The translations under genes and the position numbers were made by a program. Below are positions 12,040 to 23,601 of a stretch of 64,000 bases of DNA, piece after piece (position 1 is the first letter of the stretch; each line of letters opens with the position of its first letter). The DNA comes from Mytilus californianus (lineage: Eukaryota), in NCBI RefSeq assembly GCF_021869535.1, contig NW_026262734.1, positions 47,554,001-47,618,000 on the forward strand, read 5' to 3'. Below the pieces are notes generated by a model. It saw only the letters and a list, made by a program, of their open reading frames with translations. It was not told the origin of the DNA and did no database searches.

Positions 12040-12539
12040 ACAAATTTTTGCACCTCATGTTTGCGGTATACCATCTTTTCCGCAAGTTTATTGTTTTCTG
12101 TTTGGTATTAAATTAATATAATTAAGATCCATTGTGTTACATCTGTGATCCGTTTATTTGGCAATCGCCATGGCAGTCAGCAGGGTTTAAGAACATCCGT
12201 TGTTCGACCTGCTAGTCAAATGCGTTTTGTTAAAATATACTTTTTCACTTTTTTGGTCTTTTGGAAAATGTTGTTTGTGCTGTATTTAGACCCCTTTACA
12301 AAGAAATTTGTTTTGCATGCACACGTATAAAAATTGCGGTTTTTATCTATATATATATATATATGAGTGAAAAAAAAAACTTAACATTTTTTAAAGTTTT
12401 ATACACATAGTTTACGCTGTCGCCGCCAGATAGTAATCCCTATGTCTCACAATCTGTAGGAGAGACAAAAATGAACAAGGAAGACAAAGTGTGTCATTTC
12501 TCTGCTTGACAATTGATTCATTGCAGTTCAAGAGACAAA

Positions 12540-12905
12540 CTTAGGGGGGGGGGGGGGGGGGGGGGCGGGGGGGCTGTGATCACGCTAACATGTTTAACCC
12601 CGCCACATTCTGTATGTATGTGCCTGTCCCAAGTCAGGAGCCTGTAATTCAGTGGTTGTCGTTTGTTTATGTGTTACATATTTGTTTTCCGTTCATTTTT
12701 TTGTACATAAATTAGGCCGTTAGTTTTCTCGTTTGAATTGTTTTACATTTTCATTTCGGGGCCTTTTATAGCTGACTGTGCGGTATGGGCTTTGCTCATT
12801 GTTGAAGGCCGTATGGTGACCTATAGTTGTTAAATTCTGTGTCATTTGGTCTCTTGTGGAGAGTTGTCTCATTGGCAATCATACCACATCTTCTTTTTTA
12901 TATTG
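12540..12905 (+). mobile_element. Dispersed retro-tail repeat, well-preserved copy beginning with a long G run
   Basis: ttagggg...catgtttaaccccgccacattctg...ctcattggcaatcataccacatcttctt. Confidence 0.82.
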
Positions 12906-13269
12906 TTCCTCATGTGTGGGCAATTTTGTACTACTTTGTTATGATCACACGTACTATGATACATGTAACACATTGGTTAACTGATATGATGTATGTGTCT
13001 CAACTTATGAGAGATTTTTCTTGGTCTCAGATCTCAAGATATCAGAATAGTGAATATAACATGCGGCAAGTGATGGTAACAGCTCACTTAACCCATAGGA
13101 TCCGGTCGGCTAAAAAATACTTTAAATGTGAATGTAGTTTTAAGTTACATTTGTATATTGTTTTGGTAAATCAAGTACAATTGTTTGTGGTGTGAGCAAA
13201 TATTGTAAATATGGTGCTTCTGTTCATATATAAAAGATTATATTGCCATTTTAACTGTCTGCATATACA

Positions 13270-13982
13270 TACATGTACAGAATATAGGAGATATTCACAG
13301 GTACAAAATATAGGAGATATTCACATGTATACAATATATGAGATATTAACATGTACACAATATAGGAGATATTCACAGGTACAAAATATAGGAGATGTTC
13401 ACATTGTACACAATATAGGAGATATTCACAGGTACAAAATATAGGAGATGTTCACATGTACACAATATAGGAGATATTCACAGGTACAAAATATAGGAGA
13501 TGTTCACATGTACACAATATAGGAGATATTCACAGGTACAAAATATAGGAGATGTTCACATGTACACAATATAGGAGATGTTCACAGGTACAAAATATAG
13601 GAGATATTCACATGTATACAATATATGAGATATTAACATGTACACAATATAGGAGATATTCACAGGTACAAAATATAGGAGATGTTCACATGTACACAAT
13701 ATAGGAGATGTTCACAGGTACAAAATATAGGAGATGTTCACATTGTACACAATATAGGAGATATTCACAGGTACAAAATATAGGAGATGTTCACATTGTA
13801 CACAATATAGGAGATGTTCACAGGTACAAAATATAGGAGATGTTCACATGTACACAATATAGGAGATATTAACATGTACACAATATAGGAGATATTCACA
13901 TGTACACAGTATAGGAGATATTCACATGTACACAATATAGGAGATATTCACATATGCATGTACACAATATAGGAGATTTTCA
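13270..13982. repeat. Minisatellite, ~26-bp unit (tacacaatataggagatattcacatg), ~27 copies
   Basis: Direct tandem repetition without spacers; alternating cagg/catg and gatat/gatgt variants. Confidence 0.95.
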
Positions 13983-16169
13983 ACATAAACTACAATTTAT
14001 TTATTTAGGCTCTTACACCACAGTGACATCTTTCCAAAATGAGCTGTTACTGAAGAGTTGTGAAAAAAACCGTTCCATTCGCCTGGTTTTCTGGTTCAAA
14101 TAACGACTGGGAAACTCTTTGACTAACTTATTGTTGCCTTATGGCACGTTCAACATATAACTGATGAGCAGCAATTTTTCGTCAAAAATACAACAGCTTT
14201 ATTCTTTGTGATCTAAAATGTGCAGAGGAGTGGAAAGTCCAACTTCAGTTTAATACACTCCTTTACATTACTTTGAATATTAAAGCCCTATTTTCCCATT
14301 TCCGTCATTGATACGGAAACATAAGATCATCATGTAGACCTTAACTTGTAAACATCTCATGGAAACTAGATTGATTAAATGTGTCTTTATCGGGATTTAA
14401 AAACAAGGGCTGACCTCTACGCCCCACCTGAGTTCGCCGCTGGCAACCAAACATTTCAGAGTATCTGTTGGTTTTTGATATAAATAATATGTATCATTTC
14501 ATTGCATATTTATTTATTTGATGACCAAACTCATATTTTACAATCTAATCAAAAAAGGGAAAATGCAGTAAAAAAATAACTTGTGTTTTATACTGTGAAT
14601 TTGCTTTGATAACTTTACAAGTCGATTGGTAGGATTTAGTGATTTGAGAACTTGAATAACACATTTGATTAAGAGTAAATCAATCCATATACATTTATTC
14701 TGAAAATGTTGTTGGTGTTGTTGCCAGGTGGTTGATAAAGATGCCCAAGGTGAGTCAAGAAACTTGTGTGAAGCTAGCCGTCGATAACAGTCGGCGTTAA
14801 TATTCATGAGGCCAGCCTTCAATAATATTCATGAGCCGTCAATAATATTTATGAGCCGTCAATAATATTCATGAGATGACTTGCGTTCGATGAAGTGTTG
14901 TAAGAAACAATGATAGATTATTATGATTAAATAACGTTTTTTGTTTATATTTGATATTGTTTCAAACGGGCAAGTCAATGGGTGTCTTCTTCGAGGTCCG
15001 CGTTTACTTAATCAATTATAAAACAGGAACTATTGGTCTACTGCAAGGTCTGCGTCTTTTAACAACATTTAAAATTCACACTAGTGCCTTTTCACCCATT
15101 TTTTCAATTTCCAAATTTTCTGCGTCTGGTTTCTTCCTACACATCAAAATCTGCTTCTGTAGACAAGGAAAGAATATCAACAGACTAAGCACCTGGAATG
15201 TCAATTTAGATATTAAAATAATTTTCAGAACATTGCCTACTTCATTATAAAATCTGTACAATGTCCAAGAGAAAAGTAATTAGAAACATGAAGTACAAAG
15301 CATGGCCAAGATCAATTTTTATTATTACTATTCAGTACCTATCCAAAGCCCATTTCAATTAAGATATAATTTTCTTGTTAAAATCATCCAAATATACATT
15401 CGACTCGCTCGGCTCGTCTATATATTATATAGTTTTCAGGAATTACGCCCTATTAAAAAATCCCTGATCCGTCCCTGTTACTGACACTACTAGAGAAAAT
15501 TTATAACTTGATCATTTCCTGTGTTAGATCAAGGATTTTTCATAGTAAGACTTATACAACTGGTTCCAGTTCCATGTTGTAGTCTGATTGGTCTTCAAAC
15601 AACGATACCACAGGACAGCAAACTATGGATTTATCACCGATGTCCAAGTCTTATGTAGGCCGTTAGCTAGGACGATTCTTATTGGTCGATATAAATTCTG
15701 TGGGAGGTCAATTGTTACGTGAGTGTCAGATCTTCGACGAGTAAGTGAGTTACACTATATCTGAATTTGAATTAGATTGGTTTTGATTTATCAGAGACAT
15801 ATATACACATGTGTATATATGTCTCTGGATTTATCAACACATTTCGAAGTTGCTGATATTAGTTTAGAAGTGTTTATACAATGTATATAAAATGTATAAT
15901 TTGTATACTATCTTGTGTCAATTTAAAGTTCTAAAAAGTTTGTATAAAATTCAAGATTAATGGCATATTTTTATTCATATTAACCAAATTATTACTATAC
16001 TTCATCCATAGATTTCATAGTGTTAGTCCATAGAATGCTTATCATGCTTATTTATTTCACTTGCTTGATTATTGTACCACAAGATAAATATATGTTGATA
16101 CCTGTAAATTCATGAAAAAAAAAAAACAAAAACAAAAAAACAAAAAAAAAACAAAAAAAAACAAAAAAA

Positions 16170-17520
16170 AGCAAAAAACAAAATTGGGTGAGCAACCCAA
16201 ATAAACATAATTGGTCAATGTGACAATAATTGTGATCCAGCAATCAAAACTGTGAAAACATACATCACAACGGACTAAATAAATCAAATAAACATCCAAA
16301 TAAATCTGAGAAAGACTTGTATTTGTATTTTAATTGTTGTAGTTGATACTTAATCTGACAAAGACGCCAACAATTTCTTTTTTTACATACAGTATAATAG
16401 TATAACATAATTCCATAATACTAATACATGCAAAGTACAAATAAGGGGTTACAGCTAGAACACATAAGGAAATAACTCTTTAAAGATCAGCTGAACGTTT
16501 TAATCAAATAATATCATTAAAGAGAAATCAAGCTTCTCAATGATCATACTTAGTGTGGGTCAAACTGCTATATATCCAACGAAATTATTCCTGTCAGAAA
16601 TTGTGTGGTTCAAATTTCTTGATTTGTTTATATTTTTGTCAACAGGTAAAATTAAATATTTTGTCAAAATTTTATGAAGATTCAACGAGCCTAATCTATT
16701 TAAGTCAAAGTGTTGGGTACCCCCTTAAGATATATATGAAAAAAAAAAAAAAACAACCGTCAAACACAATAAAAACTACATGCGTCCGAATTGTACGTCT
16801 GACCCACCTGTGTCAGGAACACCCAAAGTCTAAAACCCCAAAGCTGGATGTACAAATAACGAGCCAGGTCAAGAGTCATAAGACCAAAAAAGAACATAAT
16901 AATACAAAACAAAAAACAAAAAACAAAAAATATTGAAGTAACTATTATGACAAACAAATTCAGCACCTAGAATTAATAACTCAAGACCATCAGGTATAAT
17001 GGACAGATATATCATGTTAATGAGGGGTATTTGCGAAAAATACCAGTCGAGAGAATGTTAAATTTCGCGAGCCGTAAGTCGATGGAAATTCATTCTCAAG
17101 ACTGGTATTTTTTGCAAATACCCCTCAAGAACATGCTATATCTGTTTAATTACACCGAATGTTAACGTACAAAACGCATTGATGATCGTGACATTACAAG
17201 CGTTCAGTCGGATAGAGTATTTTTTTGGCAAAAACCACGACAGAGAGGGTAAGAAAGGCATATCATTTTTGCATATACCCCGGCGCTGTTAAAAATGGAC
17301 GATATTCATTTGATAAAAGTAAATTGGTGAAAAATACACTTGCTATCAACCAATCAAAACCCAGGATTCTTACATAAGGTGTAATTAGTTGTGAAATATA
17401 CACTGAATATTTTTTATTAGGTCTTGGTACTTTCTGATGAACATTTTGAGAAAAAGTACGAGACGTTCTAAGACAAAACCCTGACGTATTTAAAAAATTT
17501 TCTTCGGTGACCATTATTTA
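16170..17520 (-). mobile_element. Decayed Penelope-like element 3' end (RT thumb remnant ~17390-17520 plus downstream tail), copy A
   Basis: 17390-17520 is homologous to 18960-19050; blocks caaaattgggtgagcaacc, gtccgaat and tcaagaccatc are shared in order with 18165-18960. Confidence 0.6.
17001..17390. mobile_element. Non-autonomous insertion with a ~143-nt internal hairpin (17003-17145)
   Basis: Interrupts sequence that is contiguous in copy B; arms acagatatatcatgttaatgaggggtatttgc... and ...gcaaatacccctcaagaacatgctatatctgt. Confidence 0.6.
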
Positions 17521-17764
17521 TAAAAGTATTTATAAGTTATAATTTGTCTAAATTTATGTTTGTCCCGATTGCGCCTATCTTATTGATTTAAATTGTCTTT
17601 TGGAACGTCTACTAACCCCCAGTTATATGTTTATTGCATAATTAGACTTTCTTTAGTTTTCAAGTTGTCCAATTAAAGGGAATAATCATGTTTGAAATTA
17701 CACTTTGTGTTCTGTCCTTATAACCATTAAAGACATATCTAGCTGTCTGTGTCTGTATCTGCTC

Positions 17765-17930
17765 ACCTCTACAGATCCCAAACTGGGGAAGAGTATTCGA
17801 CGACTGGACATTCAAGTGATGTATACGTCAGAATTTTGTCCTTACGTTGGCAGTTTTATAAATTTTCTACGAAAAAAACAACTCAAGTTTTGTAATTCTA
17901 TCTACATGCGGTCCCCAATGAATAGCATGG
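17765..17930 (-). pseudogene. CR1/L2-group LINE RT C-terminal fragment
   Basis: Minus strand reads KILTYTSLECPVVEYSSPVWD, resembling the AYxSLVRPxLEYxSxVWDP motif of CR1-group LINEs. Confidence 0.65.
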
Positions 17931-18164
17931 CTTATATTTACACCTGCATATTTTTACTATTTTGGACCTATTCCAATATATGATTATGCAAAGTAGTATA
18001 AAAAAAACTAACAAAATCAAACGCTATGATACAACGGAACAAGTGAAAAACAACTGCCAAAATCCTGACTTGGTACAGGCATTTTCCGAAGAAAATGGTG
18101 GGCTAAAAATGGCTAGCTTAATCCCCCACTTGTATGACAATTGTTTATAGTTTCGTTATATTGA

Positions 18165-20190
18165 CAAAATTGGGTGAGCAACCAAAACAGACAAAATAGG
18201 TTAATGAAACTTATAATTGGGATCCAGCAGCCAAAACTGTTTAAACATACAACACAATTGACTAAAAAATTCAAAAAAATATACAAATTTAACGAACAAA
18301 GACGCCAACAAAAAGGGTGTAAATTTGACAATTAAGTCAACAAAAAAAGTTTGTGTCGTTGATAGTACATTCCGTATACATGGTATATGATACACTTTCA
18401 CGATAAAGTTAAAGTCAAGTAAATATGAATACAAGATTAAACAAAAAAGAAACAACACTGTAAAAACCTTTTGTGTCCGAATCTCACATCAGGACACACC
18501 TGCACCAAGAATGTCCAGAGCTAAAAAGTTAAAAAGCCGAGGGCAAAATGCACAAATACCGAGTCACGTCAAAAGTCATACATTATAAAAATATGGAGAT
18601 GTGGTATGATTGCTAATGAGGCAACTATCCACCAAAGTTCACATGAAGTGGATGTAAGCAATTATAGGCAACCGTACGACCTTCAACAATGAGAAAAAAC
18701 CATACCGTATGGTCGGCTAATAAAAAGCTCCGACATCAAAAATATGAAACAATTCAATTGAGAAAACTAACGGCCTTATTTATAACAAAACAATTTACGA
18801 AAAACAAATATGACAGACATGAACCAACGACAACCACTGAACTACATTGTACGTCTAAAAACGCAATAGCACGAAAACAAATAACGGGGAAACTAAAGTA
18901 AAAAAAAAATATACATAGCTTCAGCACATAGAATCTATTACTCAAGACCATCTTGTATTACTTGAAAGGTGAATACTTATCTATTAGGTCTTGGTATTGT
19001 ACGATGAACTTTTTGAGAAAAAGGACGAGAAGTTCTTTGACAAAACCGTGGCTGTTTCATTTTTTGTTTTACAAAGTATGAGTAGCAGCTGCAAGCTCTT
19101 GCATATCGTATGAGTTTAGAAATGTATACTCCATACGCGGATGAAGTTGGCATATTGCTGCGGAAGCAGGACAAATCGCCCCACTGGCAAATCGCCCCAC
19201 ACCTAATCGCCCCACTTTTTCACCAACTCGCCCCACTTTTAAAAAAATCGTCCCAAACTGGTTTACCAACTCGCCCCACTTTTTAAAAAATCGCCCCACT
19301 TACGAAAAGGGTTAAATTCCGTTAATATTACTCTTGCCAACTCGCCCCACTTAATGAAAATCGGTAATATCTAGATGAATATATAATTTTCATGTCTGCC
19401 AACTCGCCCCACTTAAATGTGGGAGCAGTATATTGCAGGCAGCATATCTACAACCAGACTCTTACGCCAGTGTGGTCGTGTCAACGGTCCAGTCGAGGAA
19501 GCAGACAGCTACTGAACTTTCTAATGACGATGTATTCATGTATTCATGTTCTTGTTTCTAGCGTTGACATTTCATCTAGTACTTCTTTTTATGATTCAAT
19601 TCATCAGGATTTTTCTATTTTTTCACAAGTGGGGCGAATTGACATTTACGTCACCGAAATACTGTACTCACTTCTTACTGCTTTATTTAAACAAAAAGAA
19701 AAGAATTACAAAAGATGTTTATCTAAGGTTTTCATAGCTATTGATTTTATTTATAAATGGCAGGAACATATACAACGGAATACCATATTTTTCCATAAGT
19801 GGGGCGAGTTGGCATTACTAAATTCATCGTGGTTTATCTATTTGTCATGAGTGGGGCGAGTTGGCAGACCTTATTTCAGCGGGATTTTAACCCTTTTCAT
19901 GAGTGGGACAAGTTATCCAACCTATTTTCAATGGGATTTTACCCTTTTCATAAGTGGGACGAGTTGGTAAACAAAAGTGGGGCTATTTTTTTGGAAGTGG
20001 GGCGAGTTGTTGAAAAAGTGGGGCGATTTGCCAGTGGGGCGATTTGTCATTGCTAAGGTGCGGAGAATTAAATTTTATCATTTCAAAATTGAAATCGTCT
20101 CGTCTGTCATAGATTCTGGTACTGAGATGACTGTTGTTGTCAAATTCGAGATTAATGTCCAGAAAATGTTGCGGAGAAAGCTAATGGATC
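18165..20190 (-). mobile_element. Penelope-like RT C-terminal fragment plus 3' tail (copy B), split by a foldback insertion
   Basis: 20049-20190 encodes FLDINLEFDNNSHLSTRIYDRRDDFNFE and 18960-19160 continues SNMPTSSAYGVYISKLIRYARACS: contiguous PLE RT thumb once 19162-20048 is removed. Confidence 0.8.
19162..20048. mobile_element. Foldback element with arms built of aactcgccccactt / aagtggggcgagtt motifs
   Basis: Perfect 31-bp inverted repeat gacaaatcgccccactggcaaatcgccccac (19170-19200) / 20018-20048; many internal motif copies with orientation switching at the centre. Confidence 0.85.
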
Positions 20191-21815
20191 ACTACCGATC
20201 ATAACTAATAAGTGGCTTATTATTCAAATTAAAGGCATCATAATGAATTGGAGATAAAGGACAGCAATAAATGACTTGTTCCTTTTCTTTTATTTCTTTT
20301 AAGTTTGTTTAAAAATGCAGCGTCCTAAAAATACATCTTCTCTTATGCATCATTAAATAATCGTTTGAAATAATTCTTACCATTAACTTAAATTTTCTAC
20401 GGAATTTTATAAGCATGAAGGCCTAGCTGGTATGGTCAGTTAAAATATCGCAAGTGAATTGTGTGTTAAAAGAATAATTCATGAGTCTTGAATTGATCTC
20501 GTTTTGTTTGCTCCCAAAGCATATACAGTTGTGTATTTGCATGATAGAAACACGTGTTTTTTTCTTTGTTTCACCAGCAAACCAGCAGATGACGTGATAA
20601 GTTCGGATCAAACTTATCAACGTCAGTTAATTCATTATTCATGACGTCGATGATTTGTCCGTGTCAAAGTTATTAAGACCAGGTCAACGTATCTGACGTC
20701 ACAAAGCCGTGATATGCAGTTTTATGAAGAGCTGAACAGAGTGATACAGACAGTGGGAACACCGATAAGTTTTGCTACTAAGCCTAGGTATTTAATGGAA
20801 AGTCGTCTCTTCAAAAATGTAATAGCATTCACGCAGTGTTAACTAATTTGCTACAACAGATGACAAACAATATATTTCTAACTAACATAGTTACAATTCC
20901 GTCTTTCTTTCCTAGCTCGCAGTTTATCGCAGGATCTTTACTTGGTACGAACACATAATAAAAACAACTTACATAACATTCATTGTTTACCCTTCAAAAA
21001 GCAATGCAGTATATCTACACGGTTAAAGTGAGGTTTGTGGTGATTCATTTATATATTTTGTGTGTAAATTTCAATGAAAATGATCATAAAGAGTGTTTTT
21101 TGTCATGTGTTGTCGTCGTCCAACATACTATTAGTTTTATATTGACATATACCCTCACCACTAATTTAACATTCAGAAATATTCAAATTATTCATTGTGC
21201 CAGCCAGCTTTGTAATTCATTTGAATTGAATTTAGTTTTTAATTTTGAAAAAGACGGATTATTGTATATCAGTAGCCATTCGTTAATGCCTAGACACTTT
21301 TTCCCTCCATTTATTGAGACATTTTAATCATTCAGACTCCTTTATCACTTCAAGAAAACGTTAATACAAAAAATAGCAAAATATAGAAAATCTAACTTCA
21401 TCAACAGATAAAGATCGGTACAGTAGTGGAACAGTCATCGTCAAAACAAGTTAAGGGAAGAACATACTTGAACTGAATTTTCTACAGTCTTACATTGTGT
21501 TAAGTCTAATGAAACATCGAGAATGATACAAGGACACAACTTTGATATAGCCAATATGTTGTGCAGAGAATGACGTTTTTATTGATCTGTTTTTAAAATA
21601 GACAAACACTTTTACGTGATGTGGTCTCTGATGGAAGGTTGTCTCATTGGCAATCATTACACATTTTCTTAATATCTTTAAAATGATACATAACAGAAAT
21701 ATATTCGTTGTAACAAAACATTAACCTGATCATTTAAGGAATATGTAGTTTTTCAAAATAAATAGAAAGGGGTAACAATACACTTAGGATCATGATCAGT
21801 TCTAACCTCTCTTAA

Positions 21816-22205
21816 GGATGTTCGCTACTCTTGTTTAAGACTTTTTGTCAGATATTCGGAATCCTCTTGTTTTATCCATCTAGTGCCAATACAAATTTTC
21901 CCCGCTAACCCTCTACTTTTCTTTTTATAAATTTTTAACATATAGTTTTTAAAGGCCATTTTTGAAAATCTTATAAAATTCCATGTTTTTTTTTCATTTT
22001 TTTTAGAGAAAAAAGGAGCCAATGATAAATGTATGAAAAGTCTAGAGAGAATCATTTCCCGCCAAATTTTCAAATGATTATATCTTAAATACAAAGACAC
22101 AGACTTATAATTTTTTCTGCTTTTTAAATACCGTTACTTATAAACTATCAATTTATAATGGTATTTTAAATAGCTTGTTATTTTGAAACAGAGGAGTAAA
22201 CATCC
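21816..22205. mobile_element. Kolobok-like non-autonomous element (TTAA TSD)
   Basis: ttaa|ggatgtt ... aacatcc|ttaa; RR termini with TTAA duplication. Confidence 0.7.
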
Positions 22206-22259
22206 TTAAAAGGAACAGTGTGTAGAACAGTTCTTGACAGAAGTGGTTGTACACTAGAA

Positions 22260-22920
22260 AAGTATTAGACAGTTCTAACATAGAAATTTTTGGACAGTTC
22301 TAACATAGACATTTTTGGACAGTTCTAGCAAAGACATTTTTGGACGGTTCTAACATAGACATTTTTGGACGGTTCTAACATAGACATTTTTGGACGGTTC
22401 TAACATAGAGATTTTTGGACAGTTCTAACATAGACATTTTTGGACAGTTCTAACATAGACATTTTTGGACAGTTCGATATTGTATGTACCCTGAAACAAG
22501 TTTTGGACAGTTCTAACATAGACATTTTCGGACAGTTCTAACATAGACATTTTTGGACGGTTCTAACATAGACATTTTTGGACAGTTCTTACATAGACAT
22601 TTTTGGACAGTTCTAACATAGACATTTTTGGACGGTTCTAACATAGACGTTTTTGGACAGTTCTAACATAGACATTTTTGAACGGTTCTAACATAGACAT
22701 TTTGGACAGTTCTAACATAGACATTTTTGGACGGTTCTAACATAGACATTTTTGGACAGTTCTAACATAGTCATTTTTGGACAGTTCTAATATAGACATT
22801 TTTGGACAGTTCGATAGTGTATGCACCCTGAAACAAGTGTTTGACAGTTCTTCCCTAGAATAGTATTGGACACTTCTACCCAAGAATAGTGTTGGACAGT
22901 TCCACCCTAGATCTTATTCA
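22260..22920. repeat. Minisatellite, 25-bp unit (tttttggacagttctaacatagaca), ~20 copies with two related interruptions
   Basis: Direct tandem repeats; interruption gttcgata.tgtatg.accctgaaacaag at ~22472 and ~22809. Confidence 0.93.
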
Positions 22921-23414
22921 AACTGGTCTGTTCTGGAAAAGATTCTGACAGTAATACTCCAGAACATATCCTGACAGTTTCTAATCCTTAAATTGCTTTA
23001 GGCAGCTCTATATAGTTATGTATCTTATTTGATTTGTTTTATAAGTTTTCCTATATTAATTTGTCTTATTTGGATTAAAAAAAAAATCTATATAATTTCA
23101 AACAAAAAATTGTGTGGAATCGTTATTACTTTTGACGATTAAATATTTAGTATTTAGATGAACTAGCGCATGCACAAATATACATAATAATGATACTAAA
23201 CATTGCAAAACATCATAATGTTTGTATCCCATCATTATCCGATAAAATGGATATTGTCGCTGTAATATTTTACCTGTAATAAACGTCCCCACATTGACCA
23301 ACGACCTGTATAAACGTGTTTATTCTAATGATAAAACTAGTATTTTTTATAATTATTGCGGAAATAATAGAAATAGTGTTGATGAGAAATACAGTATTGA
23401 CATACTTCCTAGCC

Positions 23415-23601
23415 CAGGGGCGGATTCAGGAGGGGGCGTGGCGGGCGTGCTCCCCTCCTAAAATTTGCAAAGCATGGGTTGTCCTCAGCTTAATAAAGAA
23501 TATTTCGATAATTTTACCTCAAAAAAAAAAATTTGCCCTCGCTCCGCTCGGCGAAAATTTAAGTTTGCGCCCCCTAACTTAAAATCCTGGATCCGCACCT
23601 G
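23415..23601. mobile_element. Short MITE with caggggcggat.cagg / cctggatccgc.cctg TIRs
   Basis: TIRs read directly; related ends at ~7416, ~15465, ~50547-50664 and ~52480. Confidence 0.75.

Larger units (their letters stand above)
11367..12347 (+). mobile_element. Penelope-type pseudo-LTR / retrozyme-like unit: 539-bp period direct repeat (~1.7 units) preceded by a 40-bp inverted partial copy
   Basis: ~11424-11808 repeated at ~11963-12347 with very few differences; 11367-11406 is the reverse complement of 11819-11858; ends in (TA)n; one hammerhead per unit. Confidence 0.85.

Noticed and set aside
11606-12330. Duplicated 61-aa ORFs (11606..11791 and 12145..12330) as a small gene pair
   Set aside because: Non-ATG starts, no recognisable domain, and they simply reflect the 539-bp repeat
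12543-12572. Long G run as a regulatory G-quadruplex
   Set aside because: It is the variable poly-G tract of the dispersed repeat (also ~1380, ~3230) and homopolymer length is error-prone
13270-13982. CRISPR-like appearance of the short repeat arrays (also 22260-22920)
   Set aside because: Units are contiguous with no unique spacers, there are no cas genes, and the context is eukaryotic
14040-14880. Possible tyrosine-recombinase or other TE coding remnant, including ORF 14538..14822
   Set aside because: Multiple stops in the frames I translated and no catalytic motif I can identify; only a 3 x 20-bp micro-repeat at ~14810-14878 is certain
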